NCBI GenBank assembly: GCA_009924135.1
Contig: RFSE01000004.1
Span: 12,893 to 76,892, forward strand
From: Pseudomonadota bacterium
GTDB taxonomy: Bacteria > Verrucomicrobiota > Verrucomicrobiia > Limisphaerales > SXTU01
Reading direction: 5' to 3'
Length of the DNA: 64,000 nt
The position numbers and the translations under genes were made by a program. The notes below the pieces were generated by a model. The model was not told the DNA's origin. It ran no database searches and saw nothing but the letters and a program-made list of their open reading frames with translations. This document shows, in pieces, positions 51,899-60,456 of the stretch (positions are counted from its first letter, which is position 1; each line of letters opens with the position of its first letter).

Positions 51899-54800
51899 TC
51901 AATCCACATACACAAACTCGTTCACATTCAGCAGCGCGCGGCAGAACTCCGGCAGGGCGGTCGGGCCGTGCTTGGCGAGGAACGCGCCCGCCTGCTCACG
52001 CTCGGCAGCACTCGGGGCACGGCCGAGGGTGAGCCACACGGCGCGTTCGATTTGTTTGGCGGCATCGTTGCCCGCTTCGGTCGTGACCCGTGCGGCAAGG
52101 GCTTTGGCCGCGCGCAGGGAAAACTCACTGTTCAACAGGTTCAGTGCCTGCGGGGCGACGGTCGTCACGTCGCGCCGGGCGCAGGAGAACGAGGTGTCCG
52201 GCAGGTCGAAGGCTTGCAGGAACGGCAACGGCACGCAGCGCTTCTGGATGAGGTAGAGCGAACGCACGTCGCACTCCTCCTCCTTGTCCGCGTACCAGCC
52301 CTGGCGACGGCCGCTGTCCTTGCCTTCAAGCCCCTCCAGCACGCCAGGCTGGGCCCGCAAAATCTCCTCGGGCAATGGCGGCCACAACGGCTTGCCCCCG
52401 GCGTAGGGTCGCAGCTTGCCGGAAACGGCCAGCAGGGTGTCGCGCATCGTTTCCGCATCGAGACGGCGCGGGTTTTGCCGCCAGAGGAGGTGGTTGTCGG
52501 GGTCGAGGGTCGAGGGTCGAGGGTCGAGAGCGCGTGCGCTCGACGCCTTCCGGCCTTCGGCTCTCGACTCTCGACTCTCGGCCACACTCACCTGCCGATA
52601 CGCCGCGGTCGTGACCATCAGCCGGTGCATCGCCTTGATGGACCAGCCGCGCGCGACGAACTCCGTGGCCAGCCAGTCCAGCAGTTCGGGGTGCGTGGGC
52701 TTGGCCCCGGCGTAGCCGAGGTCGTTCGGATTCGCGAAGAGCGCCGCACCGAAATGGTGCTGCCAGAGGCGGTTCACGAGCACGCGGGCAGTGAACGGAT
52801 TCTGCGGCGTGGCGATCCATTCAGCCAGCGCGAGCCGGCGTCCGGTCGTGCCGGAAGGCGGGGCTTTCACCTTGGCGGGATTCGGGTCCAGCACGGAGAT
52901 GAAACCAGGCTGAACTTCGTCGCGCGGTTCGGTGAAGTCGCCTTGGTAGAAAAGCTTCGTCGGCTCCACGCCGCCCTCGCTCACGGCCATCGCGACGGTG
53001 TACGCGCGCTTCTGCTTCTTGAGTTCGTCCACCTTGGCAGTGGCTTCGGAGTGACGCTTCTTGCCGGCTTCGTCGAGGGCCGCGAGTGCGTCCTTGTCGC
53101 TGACCTTCAGCTTTTCCAACTGCGGTTCGAGTTTCTTCTTCGTGGCCTCGTCGCGCTTGGCCTCGTCGGTCTTGAGCAGCTCCTGAACGTCAGCGGGCAG
53201 CTTCGCGATGCGCTCGGCGCGCAGCTTCTGGCGACCGGGGGCGAGCGCCTCCTCCACGGCCTTTTGCGCGTCGATGACCCGCTTGTCCACGCCGGCATTG
53301 TGCGCCTTGATGGCTTCCTGTTCGGGCGCGAGATCAATGGGCTGGTCGTCGCGTGATTTCACGGCGGCGAAGAAGGCGCGGAAGCGGAAATGATCCGCCT
53401 GCGAGAGCGGGTCGTACTTGTGATCGTGGCAGTTGCAGCAGGAGAAGGTGAGGCCGAGGAACGCGCTGCCCGTCGTGTTGACGAGATCGGCCATCAGATC
53501 GTTCCGCAGCTTGCGATCCTCCTGGAAGATGCTCGCCGTGCTGTCGTACGTGCCGAGCCGCAGGAAACCGGTGGCGATGAGCGCGTCCGCCTCGGCCGGC
53601 GATTTCGGCGGACCACTCAACGACTCGTCCCCCGCCAACTGCTCGCGGATGAAACGGTCGTAGGGTTTGTCTTCGTTCAAGGAACGCACGACGTAATCGC
53701 GATAGCGCCACATCTCCGGGCGGAACTCATCGCGTTCGTGGCCGTTGGTGTCAGCGTAGCGCACCACATCGAGCCAGTGACGCGCCCAGCGTTCGCCGTA
53801 GCGCGGGGATGCCAGCAGCTTGTCCACGAGCTTTTCGATGGCCGGTTGCCGATTGGCGACGGAGGAACACTCACGCTCGAAGGCCGCGATCTCCTCGGGC
53901 GTCGGCGGCAGGCCGATGAGGTCGAAGTAAAGGCGGCGGATGAGCGTGCGCGGGTCGGCTTCGGGAGAATAAGTGAGGTTCTTCTCGGCGAGCTTCGCCA
54001 GGAGGAAGCGATCGATGGGGTTGGAAGTGTTCAGTTTCCAGTTTTCAGTTTTCAGTTGGGAAACGTTGCCGCCGCCCGCCTTTTTGGTTTCACCGCTGCC
54101 TTTGGCCGACTGAACACTGGACACTGAATACTGAACACTTTCCCCGGGCACACGCGGACGCACGGGTTGTTTGAGCGACCACAGGTCCAGGCGTTCGCCG
54201 CGCCAGATTTTGCGGATGGGATTTTCCGGGTCGGTCCAGGCGTCGCCGAGCGGTTTGGCGGGGGCGGCGATCTTCAGGGCAAGCTGGCCGTTGCCGGGGG
54301 CGTAGGCATCGAGACTTACCACATCCGGGCCTAGAATGACGCTGTCGAAGAGGGCTTCCTCGCCCTTGTCGCAAGTGGGTGCCAGGCCGGTGAGCGTGCA
54401 ATTACCAAGGTCCTTCCACAGATCCACCGTCACGACCGTCCAGGCCGTCGGCGCGGTGTCGCTCACGGAGATGGCGGCCCAGCCGGTGGTGTTCGGCCCC
54501 GCGACGTAACGACCCTTGGGGTCTTTCGCGTCCGGCCAGGCACCGCTGCGGGCCAGCTCGAACATCACGCTGCCACCGCCGCGCTTCTTCCACGCGAACC
54601 GCATGAAGCGCACCTGTCCCGCCGCCGGCTGCTCGCGCACTTCGAAGTTCCAGCCCGGCACCTTCGGCGCTTCGCGTTGAAGCGGCGTCATGCCCAACGC
54701 GGCCTTGCCGCGAAACACGTCATCGGTCACCAGCCGCGCCCGACCATTGCCGCTGGTCAGCACACTGAGAAATTCCACCTCATCTTCGAAGAGCACCGCC

Positions 54801-55162
54801 ACCGGCTCCGGCCACGGTGCGCCGGCCTGTACCCACGCTTCGAGCGCGGCGATGTCCTTGGCGGGCAGTTTTTCCTTCGGCGGCATCGCGAGGTCTTTCG
54901 TCGCGTGGCGGACGGCCTGGAGCAGGAGGCTCTTCTTCACGTCACCGGGGACAAACGCCGGGCCTTGCTCACCGCCCTTGAGCGCAGCGGCCTTGGAATC
55001 CAGCCGCAGACCACCCTTCTGCTTGTCCGGGCCGTGACAGGAAACGCATTTTTGATCGAGGAGCGGCTTGATCTGGTCGCGGAAATTCCCCACCTCGGCG
55101 CGTGCGGCACGGCACAGCAGAAGTGCGCCGAGGCAGAGCAAAAAAGTTCGCAGCCGGATCAT
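51899..55162 (-). CDS. PSCyt1 / DUF1549 (PSCyt2) / DUF1553 (PSD1) multidomain protein
   Basis: 1087 aa. Contains the heme-like motif CVSCHGPDKQKGGLRLD, NPIDRFLLAKL...LIRRLYFDLIGLPPTPEEI (DUF1549), and FLGLTFSCCNCHDHKYDP (DUF1553). Confidence 0.9.
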   Translation of the reverse strand: MIRLRTFLLCLGALLLCRAARAEVGNFRDQIKPLLDQKCVSCHGPDKQKGGLRLDSKAAALKGGEQGPAFVPGDVKKSLLLQAVRHATKDLAMPPKEKLPAKDIAALEAWVQAGAPWPEPVAVLFEDEVEFLSVLTSGNGRARLVTDDVFRGKAALGMTPLQREAPKVPGWNFEVREQPAAGQVRFMRFAWKKRGGGSVMFELARSGAWPDAKDPKGRYVAGPNTTGWAAISVSDTAPTAWTVVTVDLWKDLGNCTLTGLAPTCDKGEEALFDSVILGPDVVSLDAYAPGNGQLALKIAAPAKPLGDAWTDPENPIRKIWRGERLDLWSLKQPVRPRVPGESVQYSVSSVQSAKGSGETKKAGGGNVSQLKTENWKLNTSNPIDRFLLAKLAEKNLTYSPEADPRTLIRRLYFDLIGLPPTPEEIAAFERECSSVANRQPAIEKLVDKLLASPRYGERWARHWLDVVRYADTNGHERDEFRPEMWRYRDYVVRSLNEDKPYDRFIREQLAGDESLSGPPKSPAEADALIATGFLRLGTYDSTASIFQEDRKLRNDLMADLVNTTGSAFLGLTFSCCNCHDHKYDPLSQADHFRFRAFFAAVKSRDDQPIDLAPEQEAIKAHNAGVDKRVIDAQKAVEEALAPGRQKLRAERIAKLPADVQELLKTDEAKRDEATKKKLEPQLEKLKVSDKDALAALDEAGKKRHSEATAKVDELKKQKRAYTVAMAVSEGGVEPTKLFYQGDFTEPRDEVQPGFISVLDPNPAKVKAPPSGTTGRRLALAEWIATPQNPFTARVLVNRLWQHHFGAALFANPNDLGYAGAKPTHPELLDWLATEFVARGWSIKAMHRLMVTTAAYRQVSVAESRESRAEGRKASSARALDPRPSTLDPDNHLLWRQNPRRLDAETMRDTLLAVSGKLRPYAGGKPLWPPLPEEILRAQPGVLEGLEGKDSGRRQGWYADKEEECDVRSLYLIQKRCVPLPFLQAFDLPDTSFSCARRDVTTVAPQALNLLNSEFSLRAAKALAARVTTEAGNDAAKQIERAVWLTLGRAPSAAEREQAGAFLAKHGPTALPEFCRALLNVNEFVYVD
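52496..52581. repeat. Intragenic tandem-heptamer hairpin element (GTCGAGG units / CTCTCGA units)
   Basis: GTCGGGG GTCGAGG x3 GTCGAGA (52496-52530), a 30-nt spacer, then CTCTCGA CTCTCGA CTCTCGG (52561-52581). Confidence 0.8.
54028..54138. repeat. Intragenic tandem-heptamer hairpin element (TTCAGTT units / ACTGAAC units)
   Basis: TTCAGTT TCCAGTT TTCAGTT TTCAGTT (54030-54057), a 51-nt spacer, then ACTGAAC ACTGGAC ACTGAAT ACTGAAC (54109-54136). Confidence 0.8.
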
Positions 55163-55259
55163 GGTGGCATGAGAAAGACGCCGGTCGGGGCCGGTCGCTT
55201 CAGTCAGTCAATCACCGCTTGCCAGTCCACGCGCGTGACCTATGCTCGGCCAGTCTCAC

Positions 55260-55619
55260 ATGAAAACCCTCGCCGTCTGTCTGGCTGTCTTGGTTTGTCT
55301 CCCGGGCTGCAAGCGTCGTACGCCCGCCCCGGTCGCCGTGCCCGCTCCCGCGCCGACGCCACCGACGAACGCCCCGGCGAGCATCCCGCCGCCGCCCCAG
55401 CCGGGCACCGCCAAGATCATCACCGGGGATCAAAACTTGCCCAAGCTCAACGCGGCGCTCCAAGCCTATCTGGCCAAGTACAAAAAAGCTCCTGCCCGTC
55501 TGGATGAACTGGCCAAGGAAGGCTTGATCCCGTTCATCCCCATGGCTCCGCCGGGCCAGCGCTACGAACTCGACGCGGCCCGTGGTGAAGTAAAGCTGGT
55601 CAATCCCATGGTCAAATAA
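55260..55619 (+). CDS. Small lipoprotein of unknown function
   Basis: ATG at 55260 gives MKTLAVCLAVLVCLPGC (lipobox), a Pro/Ala-rich linker, then ...LIPFIPMAPPGQRYELDAARGEVKLV. Confidence 0.6.
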   Translation: MKTLAVCLAVLVCLPGCKRRTPAPVAVPAPAPTPPTNAPASIPPPPQPGTAKIITGDQNLPKLNAALQAYLAKYKKAPARLDELAKEGLIPFIPMAPPGQRYELDAARGEVKLVNPMVK

Positions 55620-56265
55620 TACCGAGTACTGGAATACTCTGGCCGAATCCCCGATTTGAACCAACGAACGTTTTCTCCCTCACCATAAACCGAAGAGGAT
55701 CAGAAAGATGGGGAAGGACCTGAGTTGAAATTTTTCTGACCCCATTTTTCTGACCCATGCAGCTGTCATACCAACTGCGGGAATAGTTTGGTAAAATGGG
55801 GGCGAGTTGTGGCTTGCGTAGCCGTTCTCCCCACCCCGGCCCTCTCCCGCTGGGAGAGGGAGAATCTTCGGCTGTCTTCAATCAAGCGCTGCCGCTTGCT
55901 AACCAGGCCGGGCTTGGTGGCCCCCTCTCCCAGCGGGAGAGGGCCGGGGTGAGGGAGGAAACGTTCGGTGGTTCAAATCGGGGATTCGGCCAGAGTATTC
56001 CAGTAATTGGTATTAAACAGTCCGAAATCGAGCAGCGGCGAAAGTCCCTGAACTGGACCGCGGCCCTCCGGGCCGCAGCGGCAACTTGCGCAAGTGGGGC
56101 GAAAGGAAACCTGCGACCGTTCATTAGCACGGTAACCGCTGCGGGTGGGACGCCTGCGGTCCGGTTCATGGGAATGGGTGGCGTGCGTGGGCGAGGGTGG
56201 CCGCACCCCTCATCCGGCCTCCGGCCACCTTCTCCCCTCGCTCCGCGAAGGGAGAAGGCTCCCAA
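55618..56265. repeat. Repeat nest: 67-bp inverted repeat pair plus three CCCTCTCCC..GGGAGAGGG-type hairpins and a 13-14-bp tandem duplication
   Basis: 55618-55684 is the near-exact reverse complement of 55948-56014. Hairpins are CCCTCTCCCGCTGGGAGAGGG (55840-55860), CCCTCTCCCAGCGGGAGAGGG (55923-55943) and CCTTCTCCCCTCGCTCCGCGAAGGGAGAAGG (56228-56258). ATTTTTCTGACCC occurs twice at 55730-55756. Confidence 0.8.
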
Positions 56266-56358
56266 TGTGGCACCCCGGAATGCAAGATACTGAGATGCGT
56301 CCTGCCGTCCCTGGCAGACAGCATTGGAAATTGAAAGGCCGTGTCCTCCAGCGGAAGA

Positions 56359-57948
56359 TCACTTCTTCTTCCCCTGCCCCAGAAATTCCTCGCGCGAGAT
56401 AAAGCCGTCCTTGTTGCTGTCGAACAACTCGAACCGGGCTTTGGCCCCGGCCTTGTCGGCGGCGGTGGCAATGAATTCCTCCAGGCTGATTTTGCCATCG
56501 TGGTTGAGGTCGCGCTCATCGAAGCGCGCGGACCGGGGGTCGGCCTTCTTCGTGGTGGCGTCGGGGGCCGGCACGCCCTGCTTACCTGCGGGAGTGGGAA
56601 CCTTGTTGCCCTCGGGGTCTTCGCCTTTTTCGCCGCCGAAGGGCTGGGTCTGCTTCACGAATTGTTCGGGACGCGGGCCCTCAAACTGTTTCAGGGCGGC
56701 CTGAAGCTTGACCTTCACCGCTTTCGCATCGGCGTTGAGTGCCGGGTCGGCCAGCGGGGACTTTTCCAGTTCGTCCTGATCCACGGCGTAGAAGCGACCG
56801 TCCGTGTAGAGCTTGAAGCGTGCGTCATGCGCGAACTCGGCCTTGGCCGTCGCACCGCCGCTCGGGTTGTACCACGCGTAAAGCCAGTCGCGCGGATTCC
56901 CCCGCTCGCCCCGCAACTGCGGGAGGAAGCTGCGGCCGTCGAGCTTCAACTCCGCCGGCACGGTCACGCTCGTCGCCTCGCAGATCGTCGGCAGGAAATC
57001 CGTCGCGTCGATGAAATCGGTGTAAACCTTCCCGCTGGCGAAGTGCCCGGGCCAGTTGCCAATCGCAGGCACATGTGTGCCCCAGATCGTCGTCGTGCCC
57101 TTGCCTCCGACCACGTCGCGGCCCTTGAACCGCGACGGGGTGCCGCGTCCAGTGCCGTTGTCGCCGAGGATCAGGAGCACCGTGTTGTCGCGCAGTTTTA
57201 GTTCTTCGAGCTTCGCGACGAGTTTGCCGATGAGCTTGTCCGTGTAGGCGACCATGTCGGGGAAATGGCCCAGACGTCCGCCGGCCTGGCCCTTGCCTTT
57301 GCCCGACTTCGCTTCGAGATAGTCTGGGCTGTCCGGCGTGGCGTCGTACGGGTCGTGCGTGAGCATCATCGGGTAGTAGAGGAAAAACGGCTGGTCCTTT
57401 TTGCGGGTGATGAAGTCGAGCGCGTAATCGCTCACGATGTCCGGCCCGTATTCGTTCATCGTGTAGTCATGGAGCTTGCCGTTGATCTCGAGGCCGGGGT
57501 TCTTGTAACGGCCGGGCCGGCGGGTGAGCTGCCAGAGCGCGTATTCGTCGAAACCGAAATGCGCCGGTCCCTCGAAGCCGTTGCTCAACTGCCATTTGCC
57601 CGTGATGCACGTCGCGTAGCCGGCCTGCTTGAGCAGGTTGCCGAACGTCTTCTGGGAAGGATCAAGGTGGCCGAAACGCGTGTAATTGCGGCGGTTGCTC
57701 AGGCCCGTCATCAACTGCGCGCGTGTGGGCGTGCAGAGCGGCTGCACGTGGCACTGCTCGAAGCGCACCCCCGTGGCCGCGAGCCGGTCCATGACCGGCG
57801 TCTTATAACTCTCGCCCCCGTTGGCGGTGACGCACTCATAGCCGAAGTCATCGATGAGGATGAGCACGACGTTGGGCCGGCGCTCGGCGGCAGGCAGGGT
57901 GATGAGCGGGGTCAACAGCAGGGCGGCAATCAGGATCAAATGCTTCAT
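56359..57948 (-). CDS. Sulfatase (arylsulfatase-A type) fused to a C-terminal EF-hand pair
   Basis: ATG at 57948 gives a signal peptide. The active-site motif is PLCTPTRAQLMTG. The C-terminus carries DLNHDGKISLEEF and DSNKDGFISREEF. Confidence 0.85.
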   Translation of the reverse strand: MKHLILIAALLLTPLITLPAAERRPNVVLILIDDFGYECVTANGGESYKTPVMDRLAATGVRFEQCHVQPLCTPTRAQLMTGLSNRRNYTRFGHLDPSQKTFGNLLKQAGYATCITGKWQLSNGFEGPAHFGFDEYALWQLTRRPGRYKNPGLEINGKLHDYTMNEYGPDIVSDYALDFITRKKDQPFFLYYPMMLTHDPYDATPDSPDYLEAKSGKGKGQAGGRLGHFPDMVAYTDKLIGKLVAKLEELKLRDNTVLLILGDNGTGRGTPSRFKGRDVVGGKGTTTIWGTHVPAIGNWPGHFASGKVYTDFIDATDFLPTICEATSVTVPAELKLDGRSFLPQLRGERGNPRDWLYAWYNPSGGATAKAEFAHDARFKLYTDGRFYAVDQDELEKSPLADPALNADAKAVKVKLQAALKQFEGPRPEQFVKQTQPFGGEKGEDPEGNKVPTPAGKQGVPAPDATTKKADPRSARFDERDLNHDGKISLEEFIATAADKAGAKARFELFDSNKDGFISREEFLGQGKKK

Positions 57949-57980
57949 GAGGGGGAAGGCGGGTGGAGGAGGTGAACCGC

Positions 57981-59423
57981 TCAATTCGCGTCGGCGTTCT
58001 TGGCCTTGGCTTTGCCCTTGGCGGGACGGGGCATTCCGCTGGGCATGTTTTGCAACGCCTCGACCGGGGAACCGCCGACTTCCTTTTGCAGTGCGGCCAT
58101 CCGGGTGCGCAGGCGCTGCAGCTCGGCGGCATGGGCCGGGTCCTGGCTGAGATCGCGTTTTTCGCGCGGATCAGCCCGCAGGTCAAACAGCTCTTCGGTG
58201 GGACCGGTCAGCCAGCGGATGTATTTCCAGTCCTTGCTGCACACGCCCTCCGACGCCGGGATGATCTCCGAGGACCATTTGAACTGGTAGAGGAAGTCCG
58301 TGCGCCAGTCGGCCGGGGTCTGGCCGCGCAGGAGCGGCGTGAAATCGCGGCCCTGCATGAGCGCTGGCGGCTTGAGGCCGGCGAGGGTGCAGAAGGTCGG
58401 CGCGAAATCCACATTGAGCACCCAGTCATCACAGCGTTGCCCGCGCCGGGCCGCCGGCAGCCGGGGATCATACACGACCAGCGGGACGCGCAGGCTCTCT
58501 TCGTAGGCGTACCATTTGTCCGCCAGGCCATGCTCCCCGAGGAAGTATCCGTTGTCCGCCGTGAACACGACCACGGTGTTCCCGGCCAGCCCCTGAGTTC
58601 GCAGGTGGTCCAGGATCACGCCGATGCTGCGGTCCATGCCGCTGATCAGGCGGAAGTAGTCCTTGGTGTAGGACTGGTATCTCTCCGGGGTGTCAAACCG
58701 CCACTGCCAGCGGCGGCGGCTCTCGTTCTTGGTATCGCGGAAGAACGCAGGAAGTTTCTGCCAGAACTCTTCCGTGGCGGTTTCGGGCGGCTTCACGTGA
58801 TCACTGGTGTAAAGCGGCTGCTCGGCCGGCATCGGGAGATATTGCTTCGGGTCGCCGTCCTCGGCGTGCGGCACCGTGTAGGCGACCTGGAGGAAGAAGG
58901 GCTTGTCCTTCGGGCGCGTGTTGAGAAAGCGCAGGGCTTCGTCGGTGTCCTTCTGGAGGCTGTGAATCTTCCCGCCCATCCCGTCATTGAGCCACGCATA
59001 GCCGCCGCGGCCCGCCCAGAAATCATAACGCTCCGCCGTCTGGCCGGTCACATGCACCTTGCCGATGTGTCCGCCATGATAACCGGCGGCCCGCAACTGC
59101 GCGGGCCAGGTGTGTGGCCAGGTCTCCGGCGTCACGCGCGAGCCACCCATCTGCGTCAGCCAGCGGCCGGTGAGGAAATTCGCACGACTGACCATGCAGA
59201 TGGACGTGGTGACCGCCGCGCGCGTGAACTGGACGCCCACGCTCGCGAGCTGGTCGAGGTTGGGCGTCTTCACCACGGGATCACCCGCAAACGCTGCCGA
59301 GTGCCAGCTCATGTCATCGGCGATCAGGAAGAGGATGTTCGGGCGGTTGGACGCAGGCTCGGCCGCCGCCAACGGTCCGCCCAACAGTCCAATTACGAAC
59401 AAGCCCAGATACCAGGTCTTCAT
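57981..59423 (-). CDS. Sulfatase-family protein with non-canonical CMVSR active-site motif
   Basis: Signal peptide, then NILFLIADDMSW. SICMVSRANFLTGR sits where C-x-(P/A)-x-R is expected. Confidence 0.8.
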   Translation of the reverse strand: MKTWYLGLFVIGLLGGPLAAAEPASNRPNILFLIADDMSWHSAAFAGDPVVKTPNLDQLASVGVQFTRAAVTTSICMVSRANFLTGRWLTQMGGSRVTPETWPHTWPAQLRAAGYHGGHIGKVHVTGQTAERYDFWAGRGGYAWLNDGMGGKIHSLQKDTDEALRFLNTRPKDKPFFLQVAYTVPHAEDGDPKQYLPMPAEQPLYTSDHVKPPETATEEFWQKLPAFFRDTKNESRRRWQWRFDTPERYQSYTKDYFRLISGMDRSIGVILDHLRTQGLAGNTVVVFTADNGYFLGEHGLADKWYAYEESLRVPLVVYDPRLPAARRGQRCDDWVLNVDFAPTFCTLAGLKPPALMQGRDFTPLLRGQTPADWRTDFLYQFKWSSEIIPASEGVCSKDWKYIRWLTGPTEELFDLRADPREKRDLSQDPAHAAELQRLRTRMAALQKEVGGSPVEALQNMPSGMPRPAKGKAKAKNADAN

Positions 59424-59443
59424 GTTGCTTCGGTGGCGACGCG

Positions 59444-60283
59444 CTATTTACCAGTCCCCTCGGTCTTCGGCGCACCCGGCGCGGCGGCCTTCGCCTTGCC
59501 TTTCGGTGCCCCCTTCGGAGCCTTCTCCAGGGGCTTCGCCGTGGCGGGCAAGGCGGCCTTGTCGAACGCCGTGACGCCACCTTCGGGCAGTTCCTTGAGC
59601 ATTACGTCCTTGATCTGCACGCTCATCGCCGGTCCACGGTGAATCTGGAAGGCGAGGATGCCGGCCAGTGAACGTTTCGCCTCCTCGTGGTCCACGAGAT
59701 CGATCGTCACCTTGCCGTCCACCTTGTGGATGAGATGGCTGCCCTGCGCGATGACCGTGTATTCGTGCCACTCGGCGATGTCCACCTTCACCGGCTCGCG
59801 CTCGGCGACGAGCCAGCGTTTGCCTTCGGGGTCGATGACCACGCTCTGGCCGTTCTGCACGATGATCCCGCGTGCCCGCTCCTCATAAACCATCCCGTTG
59901 TTGGCGGGGGCAGGATGAATGTCACACTGGTAGCCGCCGACGGACCACTTGCCGACCTCGGCGAGTTCCCTGCTGCGATACTGGATGCCCGAGTTGTTGC
60001 CGCTCTCCTTGACCTTCGCCCGCAGCTCGAAGTTCTTCAGCACGCCGCCGCGCCAGATGAGAAACTGATTGTAGCTCAACTGCTCCGGTCCCTTCGTCTT
60101 GCCGCTGATGCAGCCGTCCTCGACGGTCCACAATTCGGAATTGCCGTCCCAGCCCGTGAGGTCCTTTCCGTTGAACAGCGGACGGAAGCCGTCCTGGGCT
60201 AAGGACGAGTTCAGGAGGACAAAGGACGCGAACAGCAACGGGAGCAGCGGTTTCATGATTGTGGTTGGACGGACTGGTTTCAT
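59444..60283 (-). CDS. DUF1080 (3-keto-disaccharide hydrolase-like) protein with Lys/Ala/Pro-rich tail
   Basis: GFRPLFNGKDLTGWDGNSELWTVEDGCISGKT... An alternative ATG at 60256 gives a cleaner signal peptide, MKPLLPLLFASFVLL. Confidence 0.8.
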   Translation of the reverse strand: MKPVRPTTIMKPLLPLLFASFVLLNSSLAQDGFRPLFNGKDLTGWDGNSELWTVEDGCISGKTKGPEQLSYNQFLIWRGGVLKNFELRAKVKESGNNSGIQYRSRELAEVGKWSVGGYQCDIHPAPANNGMVYEERARGIIVQNGQSVVIDPEGKRWLVAEREPVKVDIAEWHEYTVIAQGSHLIHKVDGKVTIDLVDHEEAKRSLAGILAFQIHRGPAMSVQIKDVMLKELPEGGVTAFDKAALPATAKPLEKAPKGAPKGKAKAAAPGAPKTEGTGK

Positions 60284-60456
60284 TTGGACTTCTTTTTGTT
60301 TTTGGGGGCAGCGCCGGCTGGAGGGGGCGTCCATTTGGCAGGTTGGGGTTGGGCGACCGTGAGCGGGAAGGGATCGGCGTGCGCGGGCAGCTCGGCGAGC
60401 TTCGCTTGGTGCTCGGGCTGGGCAACAAGAAGAATTTCAGCGCGTTTCACAGGCGG

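Noticed and set aside
51671-53356. 561-aa plus-strand ORF
   Set aside because: It starts inside the MITE and runs antisense to the DUF1553 gene. It has shadow composition.
55618-56340. Possible CRISPR array (the same was considered for the 13169-13252 tandem repeats)
   Set aside because: The repeats here are inverted or nested rather than direct with unique spacers of regular length. The 21-bp repeats at 13169-13252 are contiguous and coding. There are no cas genes.
57963-59642. 559-aa plus-strand ORF antisense to the second sulfatase
   Set aside because: It is a shadow ORF. The minus strand has sulfatase motifs and a signal peptide.
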